Part shown: one piece after another, positions 23,713 through 35,697 of the stretch
Layout: each line of letters begins with the position of its first letter
Numbering within the stretch: position 1 is the stretch's first letter
Assembly (NCBI RefSeq): GCF_006345805.1
Contig: NW_021834920.1
Coordinates: 1-45,537 of the forward strand
DNA from: Octopus sinensis
Taxonomy: Eukaryota
Direction: 5' to 3'
Length of the DNA: 45,537 nt
The notes under the pieces: generated by a model
The model's database searches: none
Told to the model about the DNA's origin: nothing
What the model saw: the letters and a program-made list of their open reading frames with translations, nothing else
Translations under genes and position numbers: made by a program

Positions 23713-24106
23713 AATTGTGAGAAGAGAGAGAAGAAGAAGAGAAAAAAGAAAACATTGTGAAATATATGTGACGAAATGTAACCTCTCGATTCCGGGGATC
23801 GAGTGGGCCATTTACATCTCATTGTAAATATTCTTTCATATGTCATTTTTTATTTTTATTTTTTCCTTTTCTTGTCATTTCGCTTTCTTATTTTAAGTTC
23901 CCCGATTGTATTGTCCCCTCTATGTTCGCCCCTTGTGGGTAGTAATAAAATCACCTGGAGGAAATCTACCCACGTGTGTTGTGAGTTATTTTGTATGTGA
24001 AAATTGGAAAAATAAACTGTTAAAAATTGGAAAAAAATTGAATCGCGCGAGGCGTTTGCCGCTGCGTGTTTGAACTTTTTATAGAAGGTGTGTCGACCCT
24101 CAAGTC

Positions 24107-25588
24107 ATGGAGACTTACGCGGGGGTCGCCACAACAAAAAGTGACGAGTCTCTTAGAATAAAAGAAGTGTTCTTTAGAAAAGAACAATTGAAGGAATACG
24201 AGAAGTTCGTCAAAAGGGAGGGTGACAGCGTGAAGCTGGTCCCGCCTGTGGAAACAATAGAAGAGAGAAATAACAAGACGATAACGTATAGAACGCAAGA
24301 TAGAAACACGAGAAAACTGGTGAGAGTGACGATTGAAGAAATAGAGAAATGTCTGGGGGACATCATGAAAAAAGCGACTTTTGTAGACAGAGGGAAGAAA
24401 TATGGTACGGTGGAGGTGAGATGCGCAACAAAGGAAGTGGCGGCCTCATTGGCTTCCACTGTCCTGAAAGCGGAAAATTTCACCATGTGGCCGACGTATA
24501 AAGGAAGACGAGGGGTACGGGTAAGAGTCCCAAAGGTGCCCCCAGATATTAAAACAGAAATGCTGGTAACAGCCATTATTGGGGCAGCAAAAGAGGAAGT
24601 AGAAATAGGGTCAATTAAGGAGACGAACGTTGTAAATTGGAAGGGATTCGGAGTAGAGTTGTGGCTGATGGCCACAATGGAAGACATTGAAAGATTTCCC
24701 TTCCAAATAGAAATAGAAAACGAGAAAACAATTAGTGTAATAGTGGAAGGCAGAAAACCGAATTGCTACCTGTGCGGATCAAGAGGGCACATAAAAAAGG
24801 AATGCCCGCTGTATGAATTCACAGCGGAGCAAAAAGAGACACAAAGTGGAGAGAAGGAAAACGAACACGAAGGAAAGAACAGCGAAAACAAGGAAAAGGA
24901 AATAACGGAGAAACAACAAGAGAAGGGAAGTAACAGTGCACTGAAGGAACATGAAAACAAAGGGAAGAAGATAGTAGAAAAGGAACAAAATTCACAGGGT
25001 GCAGAAGTAGTGGAGAAGGAGCCAAGGCAGAAGCAAGAGAAAGAAAAGGAAAGTACATTAAAGGAAAGAGAAAAAGCAGGAAAAGTACAAGAGAAGGAAC
25101 AGAACCAAGAGAAAGGAAAAGATGGTATGCAAAAAGGAAAAGAAACAACAGGAAGGGAACTTAAGGCACAGGGTAGAGAGACGGCAGACAAAGAGCCAAA
25201 AAGACAAGAGAAGGAAAAAGAAAGAATAGAAAGCAAAAAGAGAGAAAGAGAGAAACCGAGTGAGGAGAAAAAAGAGGAAGTAAGTCCTAAGAGAAAAACT
25301 AGAGAAAACGTAGGTACGAATAGAAAATTCAAATACTATGGAACGTTGATCCATCACAGGCACTGTGAGGAGATGGAAGATTTAATAAACGTAACAGATG
25401 GATATACGTGGGTCAGGATGGGCACCGAATGGAAAGAAACAGGTGCACTCGTCCACGAGAACGACGCCGAGGCGTTCATCGAGGCAGCTGGCAAGAACGT
25501 GTCAAAACATATGAAATGCCGACTTACAAGGTGGCCACGAACGATGGAAGTTTACTCAGATTTGGTAGAGATAATGGAGTATATATAA
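24107..25588 (+). CDS. Intact 493-aa LINE-ORF1-like protein, unit 2 (RRM-like, CX2CX4HX4C knuckle, K/E-rich linker, ~90-aa C-terminal domain)
   Basis: Uninterrupted ORF. RGKKYGTVEV (RNP1-like), VRVRVPKVPP (RNP2-like), EGRKPNCYLCGSRGHIKKECP. Confidence 0.9.
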   Translation: METYAGVATTKSDESLRIKEVFFRKEQLKEYEKFVKREGDSVKLVPPVETIEERNNKTITYRTQDRNTRKLVRVTIEEIEKCLGDIMKKATFVDRGKKYGTVEVRCATKEVAASLASTVLKAENFTMWPTYKGRRGVRVRVPKVPPDIKTEMLVTAIIGAAKEEVEIGSIKETNVVNWKGFGVELWLMATMEDIERFPFQIEIENEKTISVIVEGRKPNCYLCGSRGHIKKECPLYEFTAEQKETQSGEKENEHEGKNSENKEKEITEKQQEKGSNSALKEHENKGKKIVEKEQNSQGAEVVEKEPRQKQEKEKESTLKEREKAGKVQEKEQNQEKGKDGMQKGKETTGRELKAQGRETADKEPKRQEKEKERIESKKREREKPSEEKKEEVSPKRKTRENVGTNRKFKYYGTLIHHRHCEEMEDLINVTDGYTWVRMGTEWKETGALVHENDAEAFIEAAGKNVSKHMKCRLTRWPRTMEVYSDLVEIMEYI

Positions 25589-26296
25589 AAGAAAAGGTAT
25601 TGTGAAAACTTTAATTTGGAAATGATAAAAAGAACTTTAAATTCTGAAAAAAAAAAAAAGAAATGTTGAACTTTGTAAAACTTTTGAAATGTACGTTGAA
25701 AATGTATAAAATGTTTTATTTGGAAAATATTGTTGACGAATAAAAAACAAATGACGAAATGTAACCGCTCGATTTCGGGGATCGAGTGGGCATTACACCA
25801 CATTGTACAAACTTCATAATTCATTATTAATTTTCCCGATTGTATTGTCCCATCTATGTAGCCCCTAGTGGGTAATAATAAAACAACATTGTACAAACTT
25901 CATAATTCATTATTCATTTTCCCGATTGTATTGTCCCATCTATGTTCGCCCCTTGTGGGTAATAAAAAAAAACCTCTCTGTTCTTTCGGTTTATTAGTTG
26001 ATGAAATTATTTCAATATGTGAACCATTCCGTTAAGTTTAGCCATTTGTAGTTATAGGGGTGTTAAATTGAAAAAAAGAAAATTAAATCAAAATTAATTT
26101 ATTACCCCCCTCAAAATCACACCCTTCAGTTTGAGACTGTCTTCGAACATACGATCACCATTGGCTAACATGGAGTAGTATAAGAGTGAGAGTAGGAGGA
26201 GAATAAAAATATTACTATTTGTAGCAAGGCCAAGAGCAAAACCACCGTCTTGTTTATTGACTCCACTTTGAACGGTACAGAAACAGCGCGACAACA

Positions 26297-26299
26297 ATG
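26297..26299 (+). CDS. Alpha-tubulin paralogue 2, exon 1 coding part (ATG only)
   Basis: ACAACAATG|GTAAAT, same as 10657. Confidence 0.65.
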
Positions 26300-28012
26300 G
26301 TAAATTTGCAACGGTTTATTTCTAGTCTGCCTCTCCAAATTTATAGGAAATCCAGTTTTGAATATAATAACCTTTATTCACATTTACAAAATATTTTGTG
26401 CATATTTATTAGTGAAATTCTTTTCTTGCTTTCGCAATGTTTATTTAGTTGCTATTATGTTAAACTGTCGTACGTCTAAATTTAGCCAAATACGTTTTAT
26501 TCAGTATTTATTTTTATTTGCAATAGCCGGTTCTTTTGGTCGAAATAACAGGATCTCTAGTTGCTTCAGATGGCAAGATATCGAAAATTGTCAAAGTGTA
26601 GTACAACGGTTTTGCTGTGGAATGGTGAAACTTTATTTTTTCCTTCTGAAAAAGCAGCGGTTGGGACTTTCGACTCTCTTGCATAATAGCGACAAATATT
26701 GAATTTTTAAAATAGAATTTTCATCTAGATTTCAAAGCAATATGTGACAGCCAAAAGTTGCCATGTAACAACATACGACATTACATGAAGAACGAACGTA
26801 TAGAAAACTTTAAAAGCATTTAGAAAAAAAACCTTTGATTTTTAGTTAGTATGTCGTTAAGAATTTTTTTAAATCAGTGATTTGATCTAGAGCTACATAA
26901 CGGCAACCGTGAGAACTTAGAGAAAAACTCTTCAAAATTTACAGCGAAGGAATATAGACTTATACAATCCCTCTTCATTAGAAAAATTACCCCTCTATTC
27001 GCATCCCTTGCTTATAATTAACCCATTAAGAATTTTTGTATTACAAAACTGCATTTAATTTTAATTCGGTCTACATTAACCATTTTCTAGTCTTCACAAA
27101 ATTGTATTTAGAACTATATAAAAAAATATTAAATACAATTTTGAATTTAAATTGTTTGTCATAATTTACTAATATTTTCATTTATTTAATATAGTCTCTA
27201 TTGAGAAACTGCAATATTTTCTGGGTATGTTTTCCGTGTCTGCCGTACAGCTTTTACTGTTAACACGTCGGGTCTCTAGACTCATTTTTACGTTTTATCC
27301 CAGGGTGCCAATTTGATATCCTAATTTTGACATGAGCGGCGTAATATTTTTACACTATACTGAGGCAAGGATTGCAGTGTTAGATACCCACGTCCCACCG
27401 GAGAGTCGTTTGGTACCCTAGTTCATATCACATCTTAGATACCACACCGTGTCAATTAAAAATTTTAGCTCTTCTATTGGAAGATCTCGAAATTCTTTTT
27501 TTCAGAAAGAACTATTTTGATTTCCATGGCAAGTAAAATATTTTTTTATTTCTATTGGATAATTTTTTTTTTTTTTTCAAAAGAATTAGCTATTTTTGTT
27601 TGAGACAATTTTGTCATTGAATCTTTTTTTCTTCATGGTGAAATCAGAAGAAAAACGAAAATATAAAGTCTATTAAATTCTCTTAGCAAAAGTACAAATC
27701 AAAGAAATCGGAACATACCAGCTTTAAGAAAGCCCATGACAAAGAGAAAAAAAACCCACCGGCTGGTAGGTCGCTAACAGCACCGGCAGGACGTCTGGGA
27801 GCCAACGTGTTAACGGAACTTCGGTTATCACGCTATCGAAATATGTAACTTGTAAGTGGTTATTTCGGTGTTTTTTGTGACCAACTTAGGCTCTCTAATT
27901 AAGGGGATAAAGTGAGTAATTTCTGATTTCTCGTTATTTTCTCATCTGTTTGAAATCATTCCATTGTAAGTACTGCATCATTATGTATTACAACATTATA
28001 TTTAGGCGTAAA

Positions 28013-28246
28013 TGAAGTGGCGAGCTGGCAGAAACGTTAGCACGCCTGGCGAAATGCGTAGCCGTATTTCGTCTGCCGTTACATTCTGAGTTCAAATTCC
28101 GTCGGGGCCGACTTTGCCTTTCATCCTTTCGGGGTCGATAAATTAAGTACCAGTTATTTACTGGGTTCGATATAATCGACTTGATCCATGTGTCTGTCCT
28201 TGTGTGTCCTCTCTGTGTTTAGCCCCTTGTGGTTAGTAAAGAAATA
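28013..28246 (+). mobile_element. SINE family B in intron 1 (paralogue of 12375-12606)
   Basis: Same TSD TATATTTAGGCGTAAA. Confidence 0.92.
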
Positions 28247-29495
28247 TATATTTAGGCGTAAAAATTGGCCAGTGTAGTTAAGTCTGAAACCTAATCCGGA
28301 GATAGTTTTTGTTTTCAAAAATTTTTTCCTCGACTTTAACCTAATTGTGATTGAAGTTAATAAAATAACTAGCTAATTTTTAATAGATATTCTTTTCTCT
28401 GCTGGATTGCAAGTAAATTTTTTCACACGCTAATTTGATAATTATCACGTTTCAAATAAGGTCTAAAATAGTGTGAAAGGAGTGATTAATTTCAATCCCA
28501 CTTTAACTACCTCGTGTGTAAATCTCTCAGGAAGAGATACCCCAGCAGATCGTAAAGAAACTGTAGAGAATATTTTCTTTAGTCGAGTTTCGTTATTTTC
28601 ATATGTATTGTTTTCCTTTGATCGCCTTTCATTTGACCGAGGTATTGAAATTCTTTTAGTTTTTGATCTTTCTGGTGTCTAAGGATGAATATTGATGTAC
28701 GAGTCTGTTTTCGAATGAGATTCTGGAGCAGTGAAGAGGCAGATTTATCTTATTTTGGCTTACTCATTTGGCTCCAGCCAAATTTGTTTTATATACTCAG
28801 AACTGCAATAATTGTCTAAAATGTTAGATTATTTTTTAAAGAATTTAGGGAAGGTCATTTGCTTAACTGATATAGTTTTCGTAAGGGAGCGCACATTAAA
28901 AAAAAATATTGTCATTGTGCACTTTCCCTTACAGTTTACTTGACGGGCGTCCACATGGCCACCGCTAAATCCATTTCCGTTTACTAGATTGACCCACAGC
29001 TATACTGGAAGAAACTGTCTCGATGTAAAGTGGTGTTGAAATGAAGTAGAACGGAATACTTACATTAAACATGAAGGTTGTTTTAAAATATTTGTGTGCT
29101 TAATTAGATTTGAATTTATAAATCTTGTGCTATTATCTCTTGTGGTATAATGGTTTAGTTCTGACAACTCATTTCAGTTATTTTAATTTCTCCAAAAAAA
29201 CATTTTAAAGGTTCTTATGTAGCTCTGCATGGCTCTTGTTGAAACCTCACGAAACCTTGTTGGCGAAAACTTGTGTTCAAATGCGTTTCAGTTACCATTT
29301 CTACCTTTTCCAAATTTAGAGTTCGCGTGATATAAACATTTCGTTAATCAATAGGGTATGATCGGAAGGAATTTGACTGCTATTTCTAACAGGCAGTACA
29401 CCACGGCAATGCTCCCTTTTGGGCTCAACTCTCACTTTTGTCCGATTTCTCTAGCTTGTAAAATAATTCTATTATACAGCTTTTTTTTTTTTCAG

Positions 29496-29712
29496 AGAGA
29501 ATGTATCAGCGTTCACATAGGACAAGCAGGCGTCCAAATAGGTAACGCCTGTTGGGAGCTCTATTGCCTTGAACATGGAATCCAACAAAATGGTCAAGTA
29601 TCATTTGAATCTTCTGGTGTTAATGATTCGTCTAGCACGTTCTTTCATGAGATAGGCTCTGGGAAACGTGTCCCCAGAGCCATATTCGTCGATTTGGAGC
29701 CCTCAGTTATCG
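29496..29712 (+). CDS. Alpha-tubulin paralogue 2, exon 2
   Basis: Same sequence and splice sites as 13856-14072. Confidence 0.96.
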
Positions 29713-30196
29713 GTAAGTATAAACGTTTCAAAATTGTATTTACAAAAATAAATTAAGCAATTGCCCTGTCGCGCATTTAATGTTCTGGTCAATCAATCTT
29801 CTATGTTTTTCTGTGTTGGAAAAAAAACTCGAAGATTTGTGATGAAGCAGTGGTTCCTTTTTTACTGCTATATTTCCGAACGCCGTTTTCTTGAATATTG
29901 GAAAATATTTCAAAATTCTGTTGTACAACAGAACTGATCACGGCAGTAAAATGTGTCGACTATAGAATCGGTTAAATGTGAGTTGAATAGTAAGTGTTTA
30001 TGTATCCGGTATTTGAATGTAAATATTGTTAGCAGTATATTCTGAGGAATGTCGTACATGGAAGTATTTTGTTGAACTGATAAAGCAAGTAACTGTTTGA
30101 GAATCTCTACATTTCATACTCCTCTAATATAAGAAAACTCTTTTAATTTTTATATTGCCAGTTTGATATATTATTGCTCAAAATCTTATTTTCCAG

Positions 30197-31320
30197 ATGA
30201 AATACGCGTTGGAAAATACAGCCAGTTATTTCACCCGAACCAACTCATCAGTGGTAAAGAGGATGCAGCCAACAATTACGCCAGGGGCCACTATACCGTT
30301 GGCAAGGAAATCATTGATTCGGTCTGTGACCAAATTCATAAAGTAACTGAACAATGCTCTGGCCTCCAGGGCTTCTTGATTTTTCATAGTTTCGGTGGCG
30401 GCACCGGTTCTGGTTTTACGTCTCTGCTAATGGAGCGCCTGAGTGTTGACTTTGGTAAAAAGACAAAGCTTCAATTTTCAGTCTATCCGGCACCACGAAT
30501 TTCTACAGCTGTAGTAGAACCGTACAATTCCGTCTTAACCACTCATACCACTCTAGATCATTGTGACTGCGCTTTCATGGTCGACAATGAAGCAATTTAT
30601 GATATCTGTAAAAGGCATTTAGATGTTGGGTATCCAAGATACATCAACCTTAATCGTCCAATTGCTCAGGTAGTGAGCTCTATTACTGCTTCTCTAAGGT
30701 TTGATGGGTCCCTTAATGTTGATTTAACCGAGTTTCAAACCAACCTTGTACCTTATCCACGTATTCATTTCCCATTGATTTCGTATGCACCAATAATATC
30801 GGTTGAGAAAGCGTACCACGAGCAGTTAAATGTTTCTGAAATAACAAACGCGTGCTTTGAAACCGGTAATCAGATGGTTAAATGTGACCCTCACCGTGGG
30901 AAGTACATGGCTTGTTGTATGTTGTACCGAGGCGATGTGGTCTCGAAAGATGTTAACGTTGCTATTGCAGCAATTAAAAATAAAAAATCCATCAAGTTTG
31001 TGGATTGGTGCCCAACAGGGTTTAAAGTTGGTATCAATTCCCAATCCCCAACCGTTGTCCCTGGAGGAGATATGGCCAAGGTCCAACGGGCCGTGTGCTC
31101 GCTGAGCAATACGACAGCTATTGCTGACGCTTGGGCCCGTCTGAATCGTAAATTTGACTTAATGTATGCCAAGCGAGCTTTTGTTCATTGGTATGTTGGT
31201 GAAGGTATGGAGGAAGGTGAGTTTTCGGAAGCGCGCGAAGATTTGGCTGCGTTGGAGAAAGATTATGAAGAAGTTGGTATTGATTCAGCTGAAACGGAAG
31301 ATGAGATAGAAGAATATTAA
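30197..31320 (+). CDS. Alpha-tubulin paralogue 2, exon 3 (spliced protein 447 aa)
   Basis: ORF 30163..31320 downstream of the TTTTCCAG acceptor. Ends [12 protein letters not shown]-stop. Confidence 0.98.
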
Positions 31321-32582
31321 ATATTATATATAAACTTTATTATAAATCGATTGAGAGGTATATTATACACATGTGAATATATTGCTTCGCTATTAAACTA
31401 AAGAATCATTTTGAGATATTAAAATCTCATTGTCTTGTTTTATGTTGCATATTCAAAATAAAGATTTTTTTTTTTAATATTGCAGCATGGAAGGTGTTTA
31501 TAAACCATTAAAAAAAATTAAAACACACAAATACCGTTATATTCAATTCAACTTTCAAATTTAATTTGTCAAAATAATTTCGTCGCTTTGACATCGCGAC
31601 CTGTTCACCGACAAAATTTCCTACAGCATCTGAGAAAGTAACAGTTTATAAAATGTGGATGTATTTTTTTGCAATTTCTTTGAAGCATTAACAAAACATT
31701 AGTCATATTTTTTTTTCCTTCCTCGTCTAATTAATGAAACGCTTTGTATCTGAAGCAGTCGCATGCCCTATGGATAAAGTTTAGATGTAGGGGACATTTT
31801 GTGTCAGCAGATGCTAATTATATTTGGTACAACACCACCAGGTCTGAGGAAGGGGTACATCGATTAAATAGACTTCAGGATCCCAACAACTACTGATATT
31901 ATCAATTGTGAACGGCGATTTCGTCCCCAAGAGATTTTGAACTCGGAACGTAAAGGACGAAATGCCGGATACCGATTCTGGCGCATTGCTGCCTTTTAAT
32001 GCCAACGACAATACCCCTACGATTATGCATTTTCCTAATACCAAAAGTTACGAAGTCTGTCGAAAGCGGCTGTCGAAACGTCCGGTGATCCTTTGTTAGA
32101 TTAATGTTTGGTGAAGCTGTATACTTTGCATTTCATGTTTACTAACCAGCAAACTCTTTCGAAAATAATCAACCATTTCTCGTTACATACAAGAAAAATT
32201 TTTTTAATTAGAACGAAAATAGGTTAGTTTTGTTATCAATAAAGTTAGACGTAGTTTTAAGGGTATTAATGATAGACATGGCTGTATTTTTACAAAACAG
32301 AAAAGCTACCGAATCTAATTACAGAACGTTATTACTCACGAATACAAGAGAAAGCACAAAATTGTCTAAGGATGTTCTTGATGCAATGGATAATAGTGGT
32401 GCTGATTCTTCTTTTTACAGTTCTCAGATTGCATGATACGTATATTAAAAAAGGAGGGAGAGTTAAAAAAATACGAAAAGACTGAACTTTATCATGACGT
32501 GCACTGGTTTCGATTGTTTAAAACGACTGGTTAATGCTGGAATAAAATGGAAAAATTGAAATAAAACTTTTATAAAACTAGT

Positions 32583-32967
32583 TCTTACTCTCTTTTACTA
32601 GTTTCAGTCATTTGACTGCGGCCATGCTGGAGCACCGCCTTTATTCGAGAAAATCAACCCCAGGACTTATTCATTGTAAGCCTAGTACTTATTCTATCGG
32701 GCTCCTTTTACCGAACCGCCAAATTACGGGGACGTAAACACATCAGCATCGATTGTCAAGCGATTTTGGGGGGACAAACACAGATACACACATGTATACA
32801 TATATACGACGTGCTTCTTTCAGTTTGCGTCAACCAAATCCACTCACAAGGCTTTGGTCGGCCCGAGGCTATAGTAGAAGGCACTTGTCCAAGGTGCCAC
32901 GCAGTGGGACTGAACCCGAAACCATGTTGTAGGTAGACAAGCTACCTACCACACAGCCACTCCGCCT
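32583..32967 (-). mobile_element. SINE family A
   Basis: Full head-to-tail match on the minus strand. Confidence 0.9.
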
Positions 32968-33810
32968 GGTTGTTCATAAATCTTTTTATAAAAATCATTT
33001 AGTGATGTACTTTGTGTGTTCGCCTGTGGATATATTTCTTATATTTTTGTGGGTGATCTCGAAGCACAAGAATCTATGAACAGCGTTTAAATAGTTTAAA
33101 AAGAAAACGTTTGGCTAGAAAAAGTCGATGGCTGCCCTTTAAGAATGGCGGTTAATTGCTTTCATTCATGTTTTGTATAAATAAATAAACGCGTCAGATT
33201 GTGGTGAGAAGGGGTTGGCTGCCACTGAAAAATTTAGTGATTGATTATTAAAATAAAATTGGCGATCTGGCAGAATCATTAGCACGTCGATAAAAGGACT
33301 GGTGTCGTTTCTTCCGGTTCTTCACATTCTGCGTTCAAATTCCAACGAAGCCGATATTGCTTTTCATTTCAGGGTCGATAAAATAAAATACCAATCTGTA
33401 ATCGATTGCCCCATCTACTCAAAGTTGCTGGCTTTGTGCAAAGTTTAGAAAGTTATATAAGAAACTCCAGTTAGATGCAAAACAAAAAGGGAAACCTCGG
33501 CAGGGTGTGTGTTTCTTTACTCTGTCCCAAAATAGTTCTGATTCAGGTCACACAATATTGAACATCTCATCAGTAAATTCATTCAAAAATTCTAGTCATT
33601 GTATTCTTTGTATCATGAATGTTGACTCGCAATGAGACGCATGTATTTACATCACAATATAAATATTTACGCAAACATTTTAGCGCACCCTGCAACGTCG
33701 GAGGCTTATATATAATGCGTGCGTGTATATAGAGGGCGGACCAAAAGTCATGCACCAAAACATATAACATTTTATTTATTTTACGTTATTAGTATTATTA
33801 TTATTTATCA

Positions 33811-34300
33811 AGGTATAGAGCTGGCAGAATCGTTAACACGCCGGGCGAAATACTGAGCGGTATTTCGTGTGCCGCTACGTTCTGAGTTCAAATTCCGCCG
33901 AGGTACACTTTGCCTTTCATCCATTCGGGGTCGATTAAATAAGTACCAGTTACGTACTGGGGTCGATATAATCGGCTTAATCCGTTTGTCTGTCCTTGTT
34001 TGTCCCCTTTGTGTTCAGCCCCTTGTGGGTAGTAAAGAAATAGGTATTTCGTCTGCCGTTACGTTCTGAGTTCAAATTCCGCCGAGGTCGACTTTGCCTT
34101 TCATCCTTTCGGGGTCGATTAAATAAGTACTAGTTACGGACTGGGGTCGATATAATCAACTTAATCCGTTTGTCTGTCCTTGTTTGTCTTCTCTGTGTTT
34201 AGCCCCCAAGATCGACTTTTCCTCCCATTCTTTCGGGGTCGATAAATTAAGTACCAGTAAAACACTGTGGGGGGGTGATGTAATCGACGAACACCTCCCA
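33811..34300 (+). mobile_element. SINE family B full unit followed by tandem 5'-truncated units
   Basis: Full unit to ~34042, restart at GTATTTCGTCTGCC, third partial centre at ~34210. Confidence 0.88.
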
Positions 34301-34769
34301 CAAAATTTCAGGGCTATTATTACTATTATTCATTTTGCTCATCATGTACAAGTATGTGAGCATTCATCTTATTTTATTTATTTTATTCAATTTTACGAAT
34401 ATTGAAACACGACTTTTACAATTCTGGAGCGTATTGAACTTATTGGTGCTTGACTTTAGGTCCACACTATACATATGTATATGTGTGTACAAACATATAT
34501 ATGTATCTAAGTATATATCAGCCACTGATAGATATATGTATAGTACAAAAGTGTGTGGTAAGAAGCTTGCTTCCGATCGTACTGGAAGCTAAACAACTCC
34601 CCCAGACAACACACAAGCACGCACACAGAACAGTCCCCGCAAAGACAAACACTCCCACCCCCTCTGTTGTGGTGCCGGCCCCCAAACGAAACAACGGAAA
34701 GACCCAACCCCTGCGCACACAAGCCCCTGCAAAAACAAAATTTCCCACCCCTTGAAACTTGAGGCACGG

Positions 34770-35697
34770 GAAGCTAAACAAACCTATTTTGACTTGCGAG
34801 AGATATTGTCGCCGGATTGAGGAACTAGTACAGAGGGCGTTAACCGGCGCTGTAGTTAATAACAAGTGGTGGTTCGCCCTCAAGAGAGCCATTCGTTTCG
34901 AGTCTGTTAGGTTTAGCTACTAACTAAGACTAGATAAGGCTAGAATAGAAGGGTAACTAGTTAAGGACCTAGAGAAGGCGTTTAGGTTGGGCTCTGCATC
35001 CCACATTTTGGCAGCGAGAACGGACTTGGACCGTCATCTCAAAGCCAAACATAAGGGTTGCAGAGTTCGGACTAAAGCGCGCGCATTGGGCCGTGAGCTA
35101 ATTAATGTTGCCAGATGGGCCCATATGGTAGAAATCCAGCGTGGGAATGATGCCACAATAAGGTCTCTTATTGATGACAATGGGAGCTCGGTAGAGGACG
35201 AGATGTGTGAGGGAGGGGCTCTCAATCATGGTGAGGCCCTTAGAGGCTTCCTCTCTGGTGACCCGCGTCTATCGGCATGAGAAGCTGAGTGCTGTGAAGG
35301 CCCAATCACGGCCAAGGAGGTGATCGAGATGCTAGGCGAATGCCCCGAGGAGAAGTCGCCGGGTCTCGTTGGTCTACCCTATGAATTTTATAACAGTATG
35401 CCAGTCTTGTTCGGGCGCCTACTGGCCAGCGTCTACACCAATTGGTAGCAGAATGGGAGAATTCCTAAGCCTGCGAGCGGAGGGCTGGTGCGTTGATCAG
35501 GAAGGACCCGAGCAAGGGGGACGAAATAGGAATTTTCAGACTCCTAACACTGTTGAACACAGAGTTAAAGATTTTGGCCAAAGTGCTAGCGAAAAGGTTG
35601 GCGCGTGTCGTGAACAGACTTGTAGAGGAAGCGCAAAGTGCCCTATCCCGGGCAGGTTGATCCACGACAATCTCCATCTTATATGCTACTGCTTAGA
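34770..35697 (+). mobile_element. L1/Tx1-like ORF2 fragment (linker and RT N-terminal part)
   Basis: KWWFALKRAIRFESVRFS, ARWAHMVEIQRGN, EGPITAKEV...KSPGLVGLPYEFY, TLLNTELKILAKVLAKRLARVV, PGRLIHDNLHL, with stops and frameshifts. Confidence 0.85.

Larger units (their letters stand above)
22170..25971 (+). mobile_element. 3.8-kb non-autonomous retro-insertion: two head-to-tail ORF1-only units (22170-23950, 23951-25971)
   Basis: TSD (A)CCTCTCTGTTCTTTCGG at 22152-22169 and 25972-25989. Poly(A) at 25961-25972. Empty site 10332-10349. Both units start CACCTGGAGGAAAT.TACCCA.GTGTGTTGT and end GCCCCTTGTGGGTA.TAATAAAA. No RT or endonuclease sequence. Confidence 0.92.
18716..31320. repeat. Segmental duplication, copy 2 (carries about 5.9 kb of copy-specific insertions)
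   Basis: Colinear with 8531-15679 once the satellite, solo LTR and ORF1 dimer are removed. Confidence 0.95.

Noticed and set aside
23028-25363. F/L/S-rich minus-strand ORFs resembling membrane proteins
   Set aside because: Antisense of the purine-rich K/E linkers of the ORF1-like genes.
22170-25971. Reading the two-unit insertion as an LTR/gag element or a host gene duplication
   Set aside because: No TG..CA repeats or primer-binding site, no introns, and the long TSD plus poly(A) point to non-LTR retrotransposition.
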